This document shows, piece by piece, positions 49,277-61,800 of a stretch of 64,000 bases of DNA (its first letter is position 1; every line of letters starts with the position of its first letter). The stretch is from Fistulifera solaris. Lineage: Eukaryota. The position numbers and the translations under genes were made by a program. The notes beneath the pieces were generated by a model that was not told where the DNA came from, searched no databases, and saw nothing but the letters and a program-made list of their open reading frames with translations. The stretch spans positions 744,001-808,000 of the forward strand of contig AP026139.1 of assembly GCA_030295235.1 (NCBI GenBank), read 5' to 3'.

Positions 49277-49750
49277 TGGATTTCATCACACAACAAGGTG
49301 CTGGGATGAATCTTGATCCCTTACTTGGTCGGACGATTGCATTTGAGCCTTCGGAACTTACAAAGGATGAGGACGAATTGTCGGATTTTGGGAAACTTGT
49401 GGACGAACTGAACTTCCATTGCCTTAAGGATGACTCCGAACACACCCGATGGCAAAGCCAGGTGAAAGATCGGCCACTTCGACAGTCCACGCGCTCTACA
49501 GAAACTGCAGTCACAGCAAATGTATCTATCTTTTCGACCTGTTCATCTTTTTTTCGCAGAAGATGGTCCGACCCACCCAAGTCCCCCCAAAGACCAATCA
49601 ACGCCACCCCGAAAGCCAATACGATCCAAAAGTCGAACAAATGTGCCTAATGCTCGACCACAACGACTACCTAGAACCTCTTCCTTTGAATCTGACAAAA
49701 ATTGCCCGCGATTGCGGAAATCACTCTCTTGCTCGAGAATCTCATTGTTA
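49277..49750 (+). CDS. Hypothetical protein (probably frameshifted)
   Basis: ORFs 49276-49650 and 49449-49751; PTQVPPKTNQRHP low-complexity segment; weak support. Confidence 0.35.
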
Positions 49751-49959
49751 AAAGCCTAATTCTAAGGGCAACAATTCATAACACGTTTTTGAGAACTTTG
49801 GTTTGTAACTAAAAAAAGCATGTAACATAAAAGATTTATCATTATTCCCAAGAAATACCATCAACGTCTCGTCTACTTTATCATCGCGGCCAAAACACGT
49901 GATGCACCGTTCTTTGTGCTTGTTCTTTCTGTTTCTCAGCTCTCACAAAATATGCGACT

Positions 49960-50586
49960 TTACGAATATCCCAGTCGCTGCGTGTCAAGCCACTGCTTGA
50001 GTTGTACTGGATCACAAGCTCGTATCATTCCCACATGCTGCGCACATAGCAAGGTCTCCTGACTTGCTTGTTCGGCTGTTAATTGATAGCGATGCATCAA
50101 CCATGCGCCTTCAACACGTCCGCAGCGACCGATGCCTCCCGTACAGTGCGTGACGACGCGTTGTTGCGCCGCTTCGGCTTGCTCGAACAAATGAAACAAA
50201 TTGTTGGCCGCCCGAGGATCACTCATCGACTGCACTTGACACTTTAGTCCGTATTGCCGATACAATGTCAACAAGCCGGTTGGTTGGTAGTTGACAAGCT
50301 CATTTTCGTCTAGTAATGCTACGACCGTATGAATGTTCTGTTCTTTTTCTTGCATGAACTGGATCCATTCGACAACCCTTTCATCGGGAATGGGATCGTT
50401 CTTTCCAGGAGGATTTCCGGGACGTTCGGCAGAAAAGAGAACCGTATCGCGCTGTGAAGCTGGACCGAAATTGTACAGTGGACTACGATGAGTAGTCGTC
50501 GCTGCGAGGTCGGAGAGAGCCGAAATGGTCGTAAGAAGGAGAAAGTTGACAGACAGGCATGTCATGGTAAACGAAACTATCCTCAT
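49960..50586 (-). CDS. Dual-specificity / protein-tyrosine phosphatase family protein with N-terminal leader
   Basis: HCTGGIGR CX5R loop; hydrophobic N-terminus. Confidence 0.85.
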   Translation of the reverse strand: MRIVSFTMTCLSVNFLLLTTISALSDLAATTTHRSPLYNFGPASQRDTVLFSAERPGNPPGKNDPIPDERVVEWIQFMQEKEQNIHTVVALLDENELVNYQPTGLLTLYRQYGLKCQVQSMSDPRAANNLFHLFEQAEAAQQRVVTHCTGGIGRCGRVEGAWLMHRYQLTAEQASQETLLCAQHVGMIRACDPVQLKQWLDTQRLGYS

Positions 50587-51010
50587 GGTTCTATTGCGTG
50601 CTTCTTTGTATTTAGGATCGTTCGATAATGTGAAAAGAGCAAACTTTTTTTGTTGACTTGCTTTCAAGTCAAATAATAGAAGTCGTCGAAGAATCAATCA
50701 ACAATCCATCGCGTGAAGATCGCGTGGTGATTGTTGATGATGGATTCATTATTATTTGTTATGATGGTTTTTTTCATGAGAGGTCTCGGTCACGAGTCTG
50801 AGGTCTGAGTCTCTGGCCATCACCCGAGTTTTCGTCAGAACCAAGCAAAAAGAAGACCACGCGACGATCGACGATGGAAAAATTTTAGTTTGTGCGACGC
50901 AAAACTCCAGCTAACCGTACCTGGTATCTTGTAAAACGGATAATACACATTAACATCAACATCAACATCAACAGCAGATCTCCTCTACAATCTCTTCATT
51001 CAGAGTAAGA

Positions 51011-52356
51011 ATGAAAATACAAACACTTAAACGATCTACCCTCGATCGCGAATGCCCGAGTGATTTACGACGCGCTTCGCGAAATCTCGATCCTACGTAT
51101 CATCCTTTGCAAAGAGCTCGTGAATATACACGCGCTGTTACTTCCGCGAAGCTTGAACGCATGTTTGCTCATCCGTTGATCGGAAATCTAGGCAATGGGC
51201 ATCGTGATTCAGTCACTTGCTCTTCTCTCAGTCGAAGATCTTTGTTGCCTTTGGTATCAGGAAGTGCTGATGGAACAGTGGCTCTTTGGGATTTGACATC
51301 GCGAACGCAAGTAGCCGAAATACCAGCACATACGCGCGTTGTGACGGGAGTTGTTTTCGCGGTGAATGGAGAAACTTTTACAGCTGTAGTGATGATGGTT
51401 TTATTCATCAGTGGACGTTACACGCCAACTCCGAACAGCATAAACATAATTCGATTGCGACTTGGAGAATACCCGGTTCTTTAAAATCGATCGATCATCA
51501 CTGGATGGATGTATCCTTCGCCACAGCATCCGATTCGGCCGTTCAATTGTGGACACCGGAACGGTCTACACCGTTACAAACTTACAGTGAATTGTGGGGT
51601 TCAGATGACACAGTCACAACTGTTCGATTTCATCCTGTCGAGCATCATTTGCTTGCAGGATGCAGTGCCGATCGTGGTATTGGATTGTTTGATACACGCA
51701 GTGGCGTTGCACTTCAAAAAACAATTCTGCGGATGAGATCGAACGATCTTCAATGGAATCCCATGGAACCGATGAACTTCGTGGTAGCCAACGAAGACTA
51801 CAATGCCTACACATTTGACATGCGGAAACTCGATCAGCCGACTCGGATTTACAAAGGACACACATCCGCTGTCATGACAGCAGCATGGTCACCCACGGGT
51901 CGAGAATTCGCTACAGGCAGCTACGATCGCACCATCCGGATCTTTTCCTTGCAAGAAGGAGCGGCCCGGGATATTTATCACACGAAGCGAATGCAACGCG
52001 TCATGACAGTTCAGTATACATTGGATCACAAATTCATCATTTCGGGAAGTGACGAGAGTAATGTTCGCTTGTGGAAAGCTCGGGCCAGTGAAAAATTGGG
52101 ACAATTGACGACCCGAGAAGAGGCCGCGCAGCAGTATCGTAGCTCGTTGGTCAAGAAGTATCAACATCTACCCGAGGTCAAGCGAATTCACAAGGCGCGC
52201 AAACTTCCTAAAGTTATTAAGAATCAAACCGCGCAGACCTTGATCATGAAAGAGAGTGCGGATCGTAAACAAGCGAACCGAGTCAAGTACGATAGAAAAG
52301 GAGAACACTCGTTTGTCGGTGAACGGAAAAAGGTTGTCGTGAAAAAGGTAGATTAA
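51011..52356 (+). CDS. DCAF13: WD40 SSU processome protein SOF1/DCAF13 (frameshift ~51375)
   Basis: RNLDPTYHPLQRAREYTRA, KLERMFAHP, WD repeats, YHTKRMQRV, WKARASEKLG. Confidence 0.95.
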
Positions 52357-52963
52357 ACAACAATCAAGATTAGACCTACGTCTAGTTGCTTTAGCGGCCT
52401 TGTCGCAGCAAAGAAACAAGGTTTCGCCTTTCGAGTCGTTTGGCCAAAGCTTGACCGTGACTTACGAGATGTGGGGATGTATAGTAAACGCCCTTTGCCT
52501 TTTGACTTCATGACGCTCCTTCCTAAAGCATAGAGTTGAACTTCGCGGTTGAGATGTTGCGATGTCATTAGTCGCTAGTCGCTACTGGCTGGGAGCTCGA
52601 ATAAGGCAAGGAAAGGCTTAATCGTTTTGACCTTTATACTTTGTATTCTTCCAAAGAAGTGAAAATTTTCACTGCATTGTAAAGTTTTTTATCTGACGTG
52701 CTGGAGAGTGTGTAGTTTGTAGCTTCATAACATCCATCACGATAAAGTTTGTCGTCTTCCCGTCGTCCGTAAATACGGCTGAAGCACGATTGATCCATGA
52801 CTGAGCTGTAAATACGTATTCCTCAACACGTAACAAGAAGAACTGCCAATTGCCCTCAGATTTACCATTGTTCAGAGAGTTCTATGCCATATGTCCTCAA
52901 TAATCTAGGGAGTGATACTCCGTCTTTTTGGCATTTTGTAGCCACGCCATCGGACAATGTGCA

Positions 52964-53050
52964 GGAAACGGCGTTAAAATTCTGCCTCGTCGTTGACGTT
53001 ACGTAGAATCTTGAATCTTGCACTGGGAGGCAGAATTTTAACGTCCTTCC
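52964..53050. repeat. Dispersed inverted-repeat element A, copy 2 (opposite orientation)
   Basis: CGTTAAAATTCTGCCTC...GAGGCAGAATTTTAACG. Confidence 0.8.
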
Positions 53051-53221
53051 GTACGGAGTACGTGCTCGGTACTATTACGTATTCATGCTTCTTTTTTCAT
53101 GCTTCTTTTGCATCTTCTGTGCATCGATGCGGATGAATGAAGGAAGTTGAGCTGTAATTGACGGTGAATTCAAACAATAAAGGAGAAATGACGCGCATAA
53201 TAATGCGATAAGAACTCCTCA

Positions 53222-55372
53222 ATGTTGAAAGAGTTTTCGTTTTACTGGAATCTGCTCGTCTGCGCCTTGCTGGGCTTCGAAATGCGAATATCGGTAACGA
53301 CGAATGCGGATTCATGTGAGCCGTTTCATTTAAATGCAAAGACTGGTATTCTTCTTCTGAATACGAGCCTATATTGCGCAAGTAGTGAAGACTTCTTTCA
53401 TGCAAACGATGTGCAATTGCGACAAAATAAGGAGGCGGGTGACTTCATTTCATGGAATATAGAGCTAGAGAAGGAAGGAATCTACTGGGTAAATTATCTT
53501 ATCTCTTCTCCAGAAGGTACAGGATGGTTCGAACTGATAAGTTCCGGCGATGATGGTGATGAAAGTGTCATGATAGATAGCTTACTGCCTTTGACGGAAA
53601 ATTGGGAGACTTACGTAAATGTACAACAGTCCATGCAACTATCAGCAGGAAGCCAAACGATTACTCTCAAAGCAATAGAGGGTGGATGGGATATACAATG
53701 GCTTGAGATTCAGCCCGATTCTCATTACGCAGAAGAAACTGTGGCGAAATATCGATCTTTATCTCCACCAATACCAACGAAAGGATTTGCTCGAACGGAC
53801 GGAAGGCAAATTTTAGATCATTATGGATCACCATTACTTCTTCAGGGAATGGGATTAGGAGGATGGATGCTTCAGGAGCCGTACATGGTGTTGTTCAACA
53901 ATGTCAGCACGCAGTGGGAAATGTTTGAGCAGTTGAGCTCTTCCATCGCTGAAGAGAGTTTGGAAATCTATCGACAAGCCTGGTTGGATAACTGGATGAC
54001 CTACGATGATGTAGTGGAGCTGAAGCGATTAGGTTTCAATTCCATACGGGTCCCGTTACACTATAATCTTTTCACACTATCAATAGAAGGAGAGCGGGTT
54101 CAAGGGTCTGATACGTGGTTACGTGAAGGCTTCAGCCGTATTGATAAGCTTCTGCAATGGTGCGAAAGAGAGAACCTGTACGTCATCTTGGATTTACATT
54201 GTGCTCCAGGCGGGCAAGGGCGCGATGCCAAGATTAGTGACTATGACCCATCCAAGCCCAGTTTATGGGAAAGTCCAGAAAATCTCCGAAAAGCTGTTGC
54301 TCTTTGGGGAGCTATTGCCAAGCGCTACGCGGATAATCAGTGGCTTGCGGGGTACGATGTTTTGAACGAGCCCAATTGGGCTTTCGAGGAAGGTGGCGAT
54401 CCCGATGGCTGCACGGATCAGTTTAATCAGCCACTGAAGGCGTTTTATCAAGAAGCAATCGCCGCCATTCGAGAGTTTGATAATAATCACATTGTTTACG
54501 TTCAAGGAAATTGTTGGGGAAGCAACCACAATGGTCTTTGGCCAATTGATGATGACAACGTAGCGCTTAGCTTTCACCATTACTGGATGGAGAACACGGT
54601 AGAATCTATTGCCAGCTATCTACAATTGCGCGACGCCTACAATATCCCATTGTGGATGGGTGAAGCCGGAGAGAACCACAATCACTGGAAAACAGAAGCG
54701 GTAAATCTCCTGGAAAGTCATGATATTGGATGGGCGTTTTGGACATGGAAGAAGGTGGCGTCGACGTCTTCTTCGTACTCCATCGATGAACCAGATGGTT
54801 ACTTTGTTCTGCGATCGTATTGGTCCGAGCTGGATCGATTTTATCCTTCTTTCGTGGAGAAGACAATGATGCAGCTTGCTGAAAATACCCTGCTAGCAAA
54901 TTGTCGACGGAACGTTGCTGCGATCGAGGCCCTCACTGGTCACGACCGAAGCTGCAACGTGGCTGGTTATACCAAAATCGGAAATGTAGCTTCCACGAAG
55001 ATTGAGTCCGAAGACTTTTGCAGCATGCTAGGCGCTATAGTAGAAGGCACCACTGATCGAGGAGAAGTCGGGGATTCCATTGGCTGGTTTGATAATGGTG
55101 ACTGGCTTCAATATAACATTGAAATAGCCGAGGCTGGCCTTTACGAAGCGAGTTTTCGCGTGTCAAGCGTTGATGGTCACGGTGCCTTCAAAATGGTATT
55201 TGACGATGGAACGACTTTGGGCATCGTCGACTCTATACCACTTACGGGAAGCTGGCGTAGCTGGACAACCATATCGACCGAGTTATCGTTGCCAGCTGGA
55301 AAATACACTCTTACTATTCAAGCTCTCGATGACGGTTGGACGTTGAATTGGTTTTCTTTCGAGCAGCTTTGA
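53222..55372 (+). CDS. Glycoside hydrolase family 5 with N- and C-terminal CBM6-like modules
   Basis: GFNSIRVP, ILDLHCAPG, LNEP (acid/base), SFHHY, WMGEAG (nucleophile); CBM6-like GDWLQYNI, PLTGSWRSWTT, LNWF. Confidence 0.9.
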   Translation: MLKEFSFYWNLLVCALLGFEMRISVTTNADSCEPFHLNAKTGILLLNTSLYCASSEDFFHANDVQLRQNKEAGDFISWNIELEKEGIYWVNYLISSPEGTGWFELISSGDDGDESVMIDSLLPLTENWETYVNVQQSMQLSAGSQTITLKAIEGGWDIQWLEIQPDSHYAEETVAKYRSLSPPIPTKGFARTDGRQILDHYGSPLLLQGMGLGGWMLQEPYMVLFNNVSTQWEMFEQLSSSIAEESLEIYRQAWLDNWMTYDDVVELKRLGFNSIRVPLHYNLFTLSIEGERVQGSDTWLREGFSRIDKLLQWCERENLYVILDLHCAPGGQGRDAKISDYDPSKPSLWESPENLRKAVALWGAIAKRYADNQWLAGYDVLNEPNWAFEEGGDPDGCTDQFNQPLKAFYQEAIAAIREFDNNHIVYVQGNCWGSNHNGLWPIDDDNVALSFHHYWMENTVESIASYLQLRDAYNIPLWMGEAGENHNHWKTEAVNLLESHDIGWAFWTWKKVASTSSSYSIDEPDGYFVLRSYWSELDRFYPSFVEKTMMQLAENTLLANCRRNVAAIEALTGHDRSCNVAGYTKIGNVASTKIESEDFCSMLGAIVEGTTDRGEVGDSIGWFDNGDWLQYNIEIAEAGLYEASFRVSSVDGHGAFKMVFDDGTTLGIVDSIPLTGSWRSWTTISTELSLPAGKYTLTIQALDDGWTLNWFSFEQL

Positions 55373-55573
55373 ACGTTTGGGCCCTTTTGAACAATTCATA
55401 AATAGAATAGATTTTAATAAGGACTTGCAGAAATAGAGGTCAGAGCTGTAGTAAAAGCTGTCGCCTCACGAAAGCAGCAATCTAGAAGGCATACATTTCC
55501 GTGCACAATCCATTCCTCAATCTCTATTTGCATACTTCCTTGCAGTAACATACCAAGCTAGGCCTTGAAAATT

Positions 55574-56947
55574 CTACTTGAGTTTGAGAATCCACGACGC
55601 AAGTCCAGCTTTCAATCGATCCGCTGCCAATTGGCAATTTTCCGGGGGCAAATTAGCATAGCAAACACGTATCCAACCCGGTGCGCCACAAAAGCTGCCC
55701 GGAATGACAGCCACGCCGTAATCTCGGACTAAATTTCGAGCGAACCCAACATCGTCCGCCCTAGAATCCCCATTGCCCTCGTTAGTTGGCAGTTGAGCCA
55801 TTACGTACATAGCACCCTGACCTCCAATGATACGGGGACAACCTTGTAAAGCTTGAAGAATAGCTTGACGACCGGAAGAAAGAGTGTCATATTGCTGTAG
55901 CACCCATCCTTTCCCTGCCTGCATGGCTCCTACCGCCGCAACCTGACTGATTCGACTGGGACAAATGGGAATCGTATCTTGAACTTTCATCATTTGCTGA
56001 TATAATTGGGATGATGGCAGTACGACGTATCCAATACGATATCCAGCCAAGGCATACGATTTGGAGAAACTGAAGATATAGAGAACATGAGGTGCCTCGT
56101 TGAAACAAGGCAACGTATCTAGTACAAAGTATTCGTAGGTACAATCGAGAATCAAAAAGGCATCGAATTCCGCACACAGATCAACAATCGGCTGCAAATC
56201 TCTTCGTGTCAAAAATACTCCCAAAGGATTATTCGGATTTGTGATGGTGACCATCCGTATGGAGGGGTTCGATTGAAAAAACTCTCGTAACCGGTCAGTA
56301 TTCGGTTTGCCTTGATCAGTCGTCGGTCCAATGAGAATATTTTCATCCTTCGACAAGGTTAATTGCAGCGCCATGACATGATTGAAATAATATGGAGCGA
56401 AGACTACCGCCTGATCATCTGGATCGAGGAGAGTCAAAACACAATTCATGTAAGCTTGATTAGCTCCACTCGTGACCATAATCTGATATTGCGGACTCAT
56501 CAATCCATTCTCTTGCTGAATCTTTGTCTGGAGAAGATCTCTCAACTCTGGAAGACCCTCATCTGGTCCGTACAAATGAAGTGATTGATCCTCGCTTTGT
56601 AAAGCTTCTCGAAGCGCCTCATTCACTGATTCGGGAGGATTCCAGAAAACGACACCTTGCGCTAAACTGTAAATACCTCCCTTCTCCTGCCACGTTAATT
56701 GGTGCTCTTGTACTAATTGTTGCATGAGAACGACGCAAGGATTTAATGTATTCACGACGCGGCTTGACGCAGATGTTGCTGTTGAGGGCAAAATTGAGTC
56801 CTCCGGATTCTCATTCCTTTTGACGGAAAAAGGCATGCTTTTTGGTGTTTCTTGACAATTAGATAGAAGCAGGAATCCTTGTCCTTTAAAGATAAAGAAG
56901 TATGACACAAGAAAACGAAGTGCAAACGTCAAATTTGATACTAACAT
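55574..56947 (-). CDS. Class I/II PLP aminotransferase (ISS1/VAS1-like); start uncertain
   Basis: SLAQG, YGPDEGLPELR, NPNNPLG, SFSKSYALAGYRIGY, IRVCY. Confidence 0.88.
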   Translation of the reverse strand: MLVSNLTFALRFLVSYFFIFKGQGFLLLSNCQETPKSMPFSVKRNENPEDSILPSTATSASSRVVNTLNPCVVLMQQLVQEHQLTWQEKGGIYSLAQGVVFWNPPESVNEALREALQSEDQSLHLYGPDEGLPELRDLLQTKIQQENGLMSPQYQIMVTSGANQAYMNCVLTLLDPDDQAVVFAPYYFNHVMALQLTLSKDENILIGPTTDQGKPNTDRLREFFQSNPSIRMVTITNPNNPLGVFLTRRDLQPIVDLCAEFDAFLILDCTYEYFVLDTLPCFNEAPHVLYIFSFSKSYALAGYRIGYVVLPSSQLYQQMMKVQDTIPICPSRISQVAAVGAMQAGKGWVLQQYDTLSSGRQAILQALQGCPRIIGGQGAMYVMAQLPTNEGNGDSRADDVGFARNLVRDYGVAVIPGSFCGAPGWIRVCYANLPPENCQLAADRLKAGLASWILKLK

Positions 56948-57301
56948 GTTCTCGACAAAGGTTGAATGGCTTTTTACGCATCATCTTTCTTCATCCTTTG
57001 CGAAAATTCATGGTGAATATTTGCGGACTAACACAACTTTCAGTCCCGGAAAATAAAGTGATGTTTTCGAAACGTCACCTTGACCCCACCTCAACCTCAA
57101 GTGTCACAGCAATTACGATGCAAGCTCCCTGCCTTTATCCCAGAATGTTTCGAGTTGAAGCGACCGACATACATCTGTGTCCAAATGGACTGCACAGCAA
57201 CCAGCGTTGATAAACTACGCTGATGATTCGATTACGGAATAACAATTCTAAACTACTCCGTAAACCTAACGTTGAATCAGAATTTCACTAAATCACAAAG
57301 C

Positions 57302-58620
57302 TTACCCTAACAGAGCCGTAGCAGTGTCGGCGCCCATTGTTTCGACAAACCCTTCAATCCAAGGCATAATCCACGAATCGGAACCGGCGTTTACGTGGGC
57401 TTTAAATTCGTAAAATCGTTTTGACCGCCGCGTATCGTTTCTTGCAAAGTAACGCTCTTTCGATCCCAAGTAATGATAAACCATGAGGGGAAATCGATTC
57501 GCTTCTCTCGGTCGCAATTGATCAATCCGCCGACACAGACGCTTGGAGGGACGATGTATGCTGAACGGCTTCTCTGTAAACATTTCATCACTCCAAGGTA
57601 TTCGTGACACGTCAATAAGGACTTTCGGTTGCGCATTGCGTTCGGTATCATTAAATTCAGTGTGATATTTCCAGCGTAAAGTTTCCAGTCGTTCCGTAGA
57701 AAATTCGGCACTTCCGACCTTCAACGATGATGTTGCTGTAAGATTGCGGTCTTCCTCGGACCCAAACAAAAGCCGAGGCATGGATATGCAAGGATAATTT
57801 GCTGCTCGTAGCATAGTTCGATTGAGGGAAGCCGCAAAATGTATGATACTCGCCCGACCGCGAGGAGTTTTCGGTGTATTCGACCCAGGGCGTCTCCGTA
57901 GGTACGGGTTGATCACCATGTATTCATCTGTATCCAAATGCATGACCCAGTCCCGTCCGATCGCTTTAAATCTCTTCAAACATTGCGACACAAATGTTAA
58001 TTGTCGAAAACGATGGTTTTGTATTCTTAGATTATCGGCGATGACTTGTTCCGGTGTTTCGTGCCCTTCATGCCATTTCGATTTAGATGCATCCCCATTT
58101 ATAGCGTGCGGAGCAATGTGATAACCTTTTGCAAGAAGCTTTCGGGCATAAAGTCTTCATCATGCCATTCTTCAATCTGAATGTATTGTCGCCATGGTTG
58201 CAGAGTTTCGCTTGGTGATGTTTCGCTACTCGGATCAATTGCAACAATGAGATGCGTCATATTAAGTGTAAAATAATGATACGCAATCCATTCACTGAGT
58301 ATTTCATTGTCGTCTTTAATGAGTAAACACGCCGCCAGTGATACTGATTTAGAAGGAGTATAATTGATAGGAGGTTGCACGAATTCCTGTTGCTCTTCCT
58401 GTTGAAAGCCATCGAGCGTTCGTTGCAGTAAGTTCGCAGAGAATAGTTTATCACTGCGAATGGTTAACGTAAGAATATTAATTAGAAAAGAAAAGCCACA
58501 AAGGTTGCTAGCAAGGGCATGAACGCCCCCACACGAACGAAACCGGCCATGGTAAATTTTATTAAATATTTGATGGGCAGAAACACTCACGCCACGAAAA
58601 ACAACGCGAGCAATGCGCAT
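57302..58620 (-). CDS. GT-A fold glycosyltransferase (GT92/GT2-like; frameshift ~58110; start uncertain)
   Basis: AACLLIKDDNEILSEWIAYHY, WVMHLDTDEY, HYLGS. Confidence 0.75.
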
Positions 58621-58632
58621 TGTGCTTCAGAA

Positions 58633-58704
58633 AGGACGTTAAGATTCTGCCCCCAGTACAAAATTTTACGGAGCATCTACGTCGACGCAGGATTTTAACG
58701 CCGT
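58633..58704. repeat. Dispersed inverted-repeat element A, degenerate copy 3
   Basis: AGGACGTTAAGATTCTGC...GCAGGATTTTAACGCCGT. Confidence 0.7.
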
Positions 58705-58819
58705 GTAACCTTAGTTGGAGTATACACCATTGTTTTTTAAATTACAGATGCTGTCTATGTAGCGAATCTCAAGACTACTTTAATGCTTATAGTTACCTGC
58801 AGTCGAAATTCTTATTTAA

Positions 58820-61800
58820 CCCATATCCGGTCATGATATCCCATTTGGGATATCATACCCCATTTTAGCGAAGATTTCGTTACCTAACTTAATCTCTGTT
58901 TAACTTTCGAAATCCCCATTTTGATATTGTAATCCTTGTTATTTAAGTAAATTGGTTCTGAAATTTGTTTTTAAATTAGGCAGACATTGCAAATCCTATT
59001 ATCTGCTATATCGAGCACCTCGTCGGCACTTTTTGCTCTGTCTGTCACCCACACAAGGCCCTTTTTCTCATTCCAATATCTCGATCACCATGGCGTCTCC
59101 TGCAAATCTGGTTGATAATGATCAACAACAACAACCAAAAAAAACGAAAGTGTGGCCTTTGCAAAAGCGAAGGTCATGACAAACGGAATTGTCCTGCGAA
59201 ACCGTTTACCAGCCCAAAATTCAGTGCCTGACACGACCGTACATCAAAATGATGTTATTGTGGCACCACCAACACCTCCCATGCCTGCTTTTGTTCCTCG
59301 ATTCCCTCCTATACTTAACTGGCAACATATTCTTTATGTTGTATTTGATTTGGAGACCACTGGATTTTCAAAAAGTTTCACGAAATCATTGAATTGTCGG
59401 CACAGATTTTGAATCCATCCGGTATTCAAGTCGAAGATGGCCAATTCAGCGAACTTATCCATCCAAGCAAGATGATTTCGGATGAAATCATTGCATTGAC
59501 TGGAATAACCAATGATATGGTTAAGAATTCTCCATTGTTCCCAGTTGTTGCAAGAGATTTCATCCATTTCATGCAAAAATGTGCATCAGAATCCGACATT
59601 CGTGTTGATCACATCGTCCTCGTTAAGCACAATGGGAAACGGTTTGATGTTCCTTTCTTGCTTTCTGAATTGAAAAGATACAATCTTGAACATCATATCC
59701 TTGAAGATCATAGGTTTGGGTTTGCTATCGACCACGATAGAAATGGCAAAAAAAGCTGTCTCTCAAAGAAATTTGGCAGCACCGCCAGCTTACAACCTTG
59801 GTTCTCTTTTTCAATATGTCACTGGTGAAAACCCTGACCAAGCGCATCGTGCTTGGTCAGATGTGCAGTCAACAGTCCGTGTATTTCGCTTTCAGCACTT
59901 TTGGTCAATTCGTCTGAGTTGCTTGTTCTTGTTACATCCGAATGCATTGGAAGCTCCCACCACATTGACACTGGATCTGCCTGACGACTCGGAGGAGGAG
60001 GAAGTTTCTTCTGATGAAGAAAGCAAAGTCGGGAAGAATTCACTGATGAATTGATTGATGAAGTCAATAATCAAACGCAGCCTCTTGGGGATTCTTGGGA
60101 AAAGGATGTCATCTTCCAGGCTATGGAGCCGAATCCAATGGAAAGTTTCCGGATCCACCACACAACAGTTGGCAGGAGCGAACGAGTTATAACGGGTCTG
60201 TTGTGCAGTCCCATTGATGTCAACACACCGATTCGTGCCTGGAGGGAAATTTTCAAGAAAACACTACTTGATAGAATAGTGTTTCATACGAACGAATACG
60301 GAAAGCTACGATCAAAAGATTGGAAGGATGTTACACGGCATGATCTGGAGCAATTCATTGCGGTGTTATTCCTTATGAGTATCCAAAAGCGAAAAGACAA
60401 GCCATCAAACTGGTTCTCAGACGATCCATACCTTGAATGTCAGGCTGCAAAAAACATTATGAGTGGGCGAAAATTCCACAAGATGCTTCGATTTCTTCAC
60501 TGTTGCTCTGTAACCAATCAACCAACAGGAGACAATTATGATCCAGCCTATAAGATAGCAGAAGTACGGGACTACCTGGAAGACCGCTTTTCCAGATTAT
60601 TTTCACCTGGCCAACAATTGTCACTTGATGAGACTCTCATTCGTGCATTTGGAAGGATGAAGTTCAAAGTGCGCATCATTTCTAAGTCAGCACGGTACGG
60701 GATCAAATTATATGTGTTGACTGATGCTGAAACAGCATATGTCCTTCGTGTTCTTGTTTACACCGGAAAAGCGACCTACGGGCGAACATGAATCAGATGA
60801 AGTCAACAAAAAGAAAACTGTTCAGGTAGTTGAGAAGCTGGTGAGCCCATTCTTTGGTACTCACAGAACTGTTTATGTGGATCGGTTCTATACATCAGTT
60901 GATCTGATGAAGGCGCTGAAAAAAAATGATATCTATGTGACGGGGACCGTTGTTGCAAACAGACTACCAAAAGATGTGCGACTAGCCAAGAATTCACCGG
61001 TGTTTAAGTCCATGAAAAGAGGAGATGCTATTAAGTTTCGCTTAAAGATGAATGATGGAAGTGGTGGGGTCTTCTATGCTGGTCTGGTGTGTTGGAAAGA
61101 CAGTAAAATGGTTTACTGCCTTTCGAATGACAGCAATAATCATGACTTCGATGAGTGTCGCCGAAGAGTGCAAGGTGGGATTGTTACAGTCCCAAGACCA
61201 ATCTCAATTGCACACTACAACAAATACATGGGGGGTGTTGACTTGGCGGATATGCGCCGGTTGCACTGTAACTCGACGGTGATGGGACTAAGTCGTTGGT
61301 GGTTAAAACTCTTCTTCTATTTGCTGGATGTTGGGACTTCTAATGCTCTTGTCTTGTACAACGAGTCACAGAAGCAAAGAGTCAATGATTATAAGCCAAC
61401 AAATATTGTGGAGTTCAAAGGAAAACTAATCTCCAGTCTTGCAGGAGAGATGTCTGGAAATGAACCGAATGTGGCAATGGCAGGACATAGGGCTGAGAAG
61501 ATTCCTAATGACCAGAGATCCAAATGTGCCTATTGTTCCATTCAAGGAAGGGACAGTAGGTCAAGGTACAGATGTGAAACTTGTGGAATTCCCCTTTGTT
61601 CTGTTTTCAATGGTAAGAGTGATCACGATTGCTTCAGTGAGGCTCATAAAAATGAGGATGTGAGACAGTTGACACTTGCCCATTACAAGAAGATGCAGAC
61701 AACAACAAACAACAGAGGAAAGAAAAAAAATTAAAATTAGTAATCTATATATAGTCAACTCACTATTCGGTGACTTTCAATGGAAACAACCAATGATATG

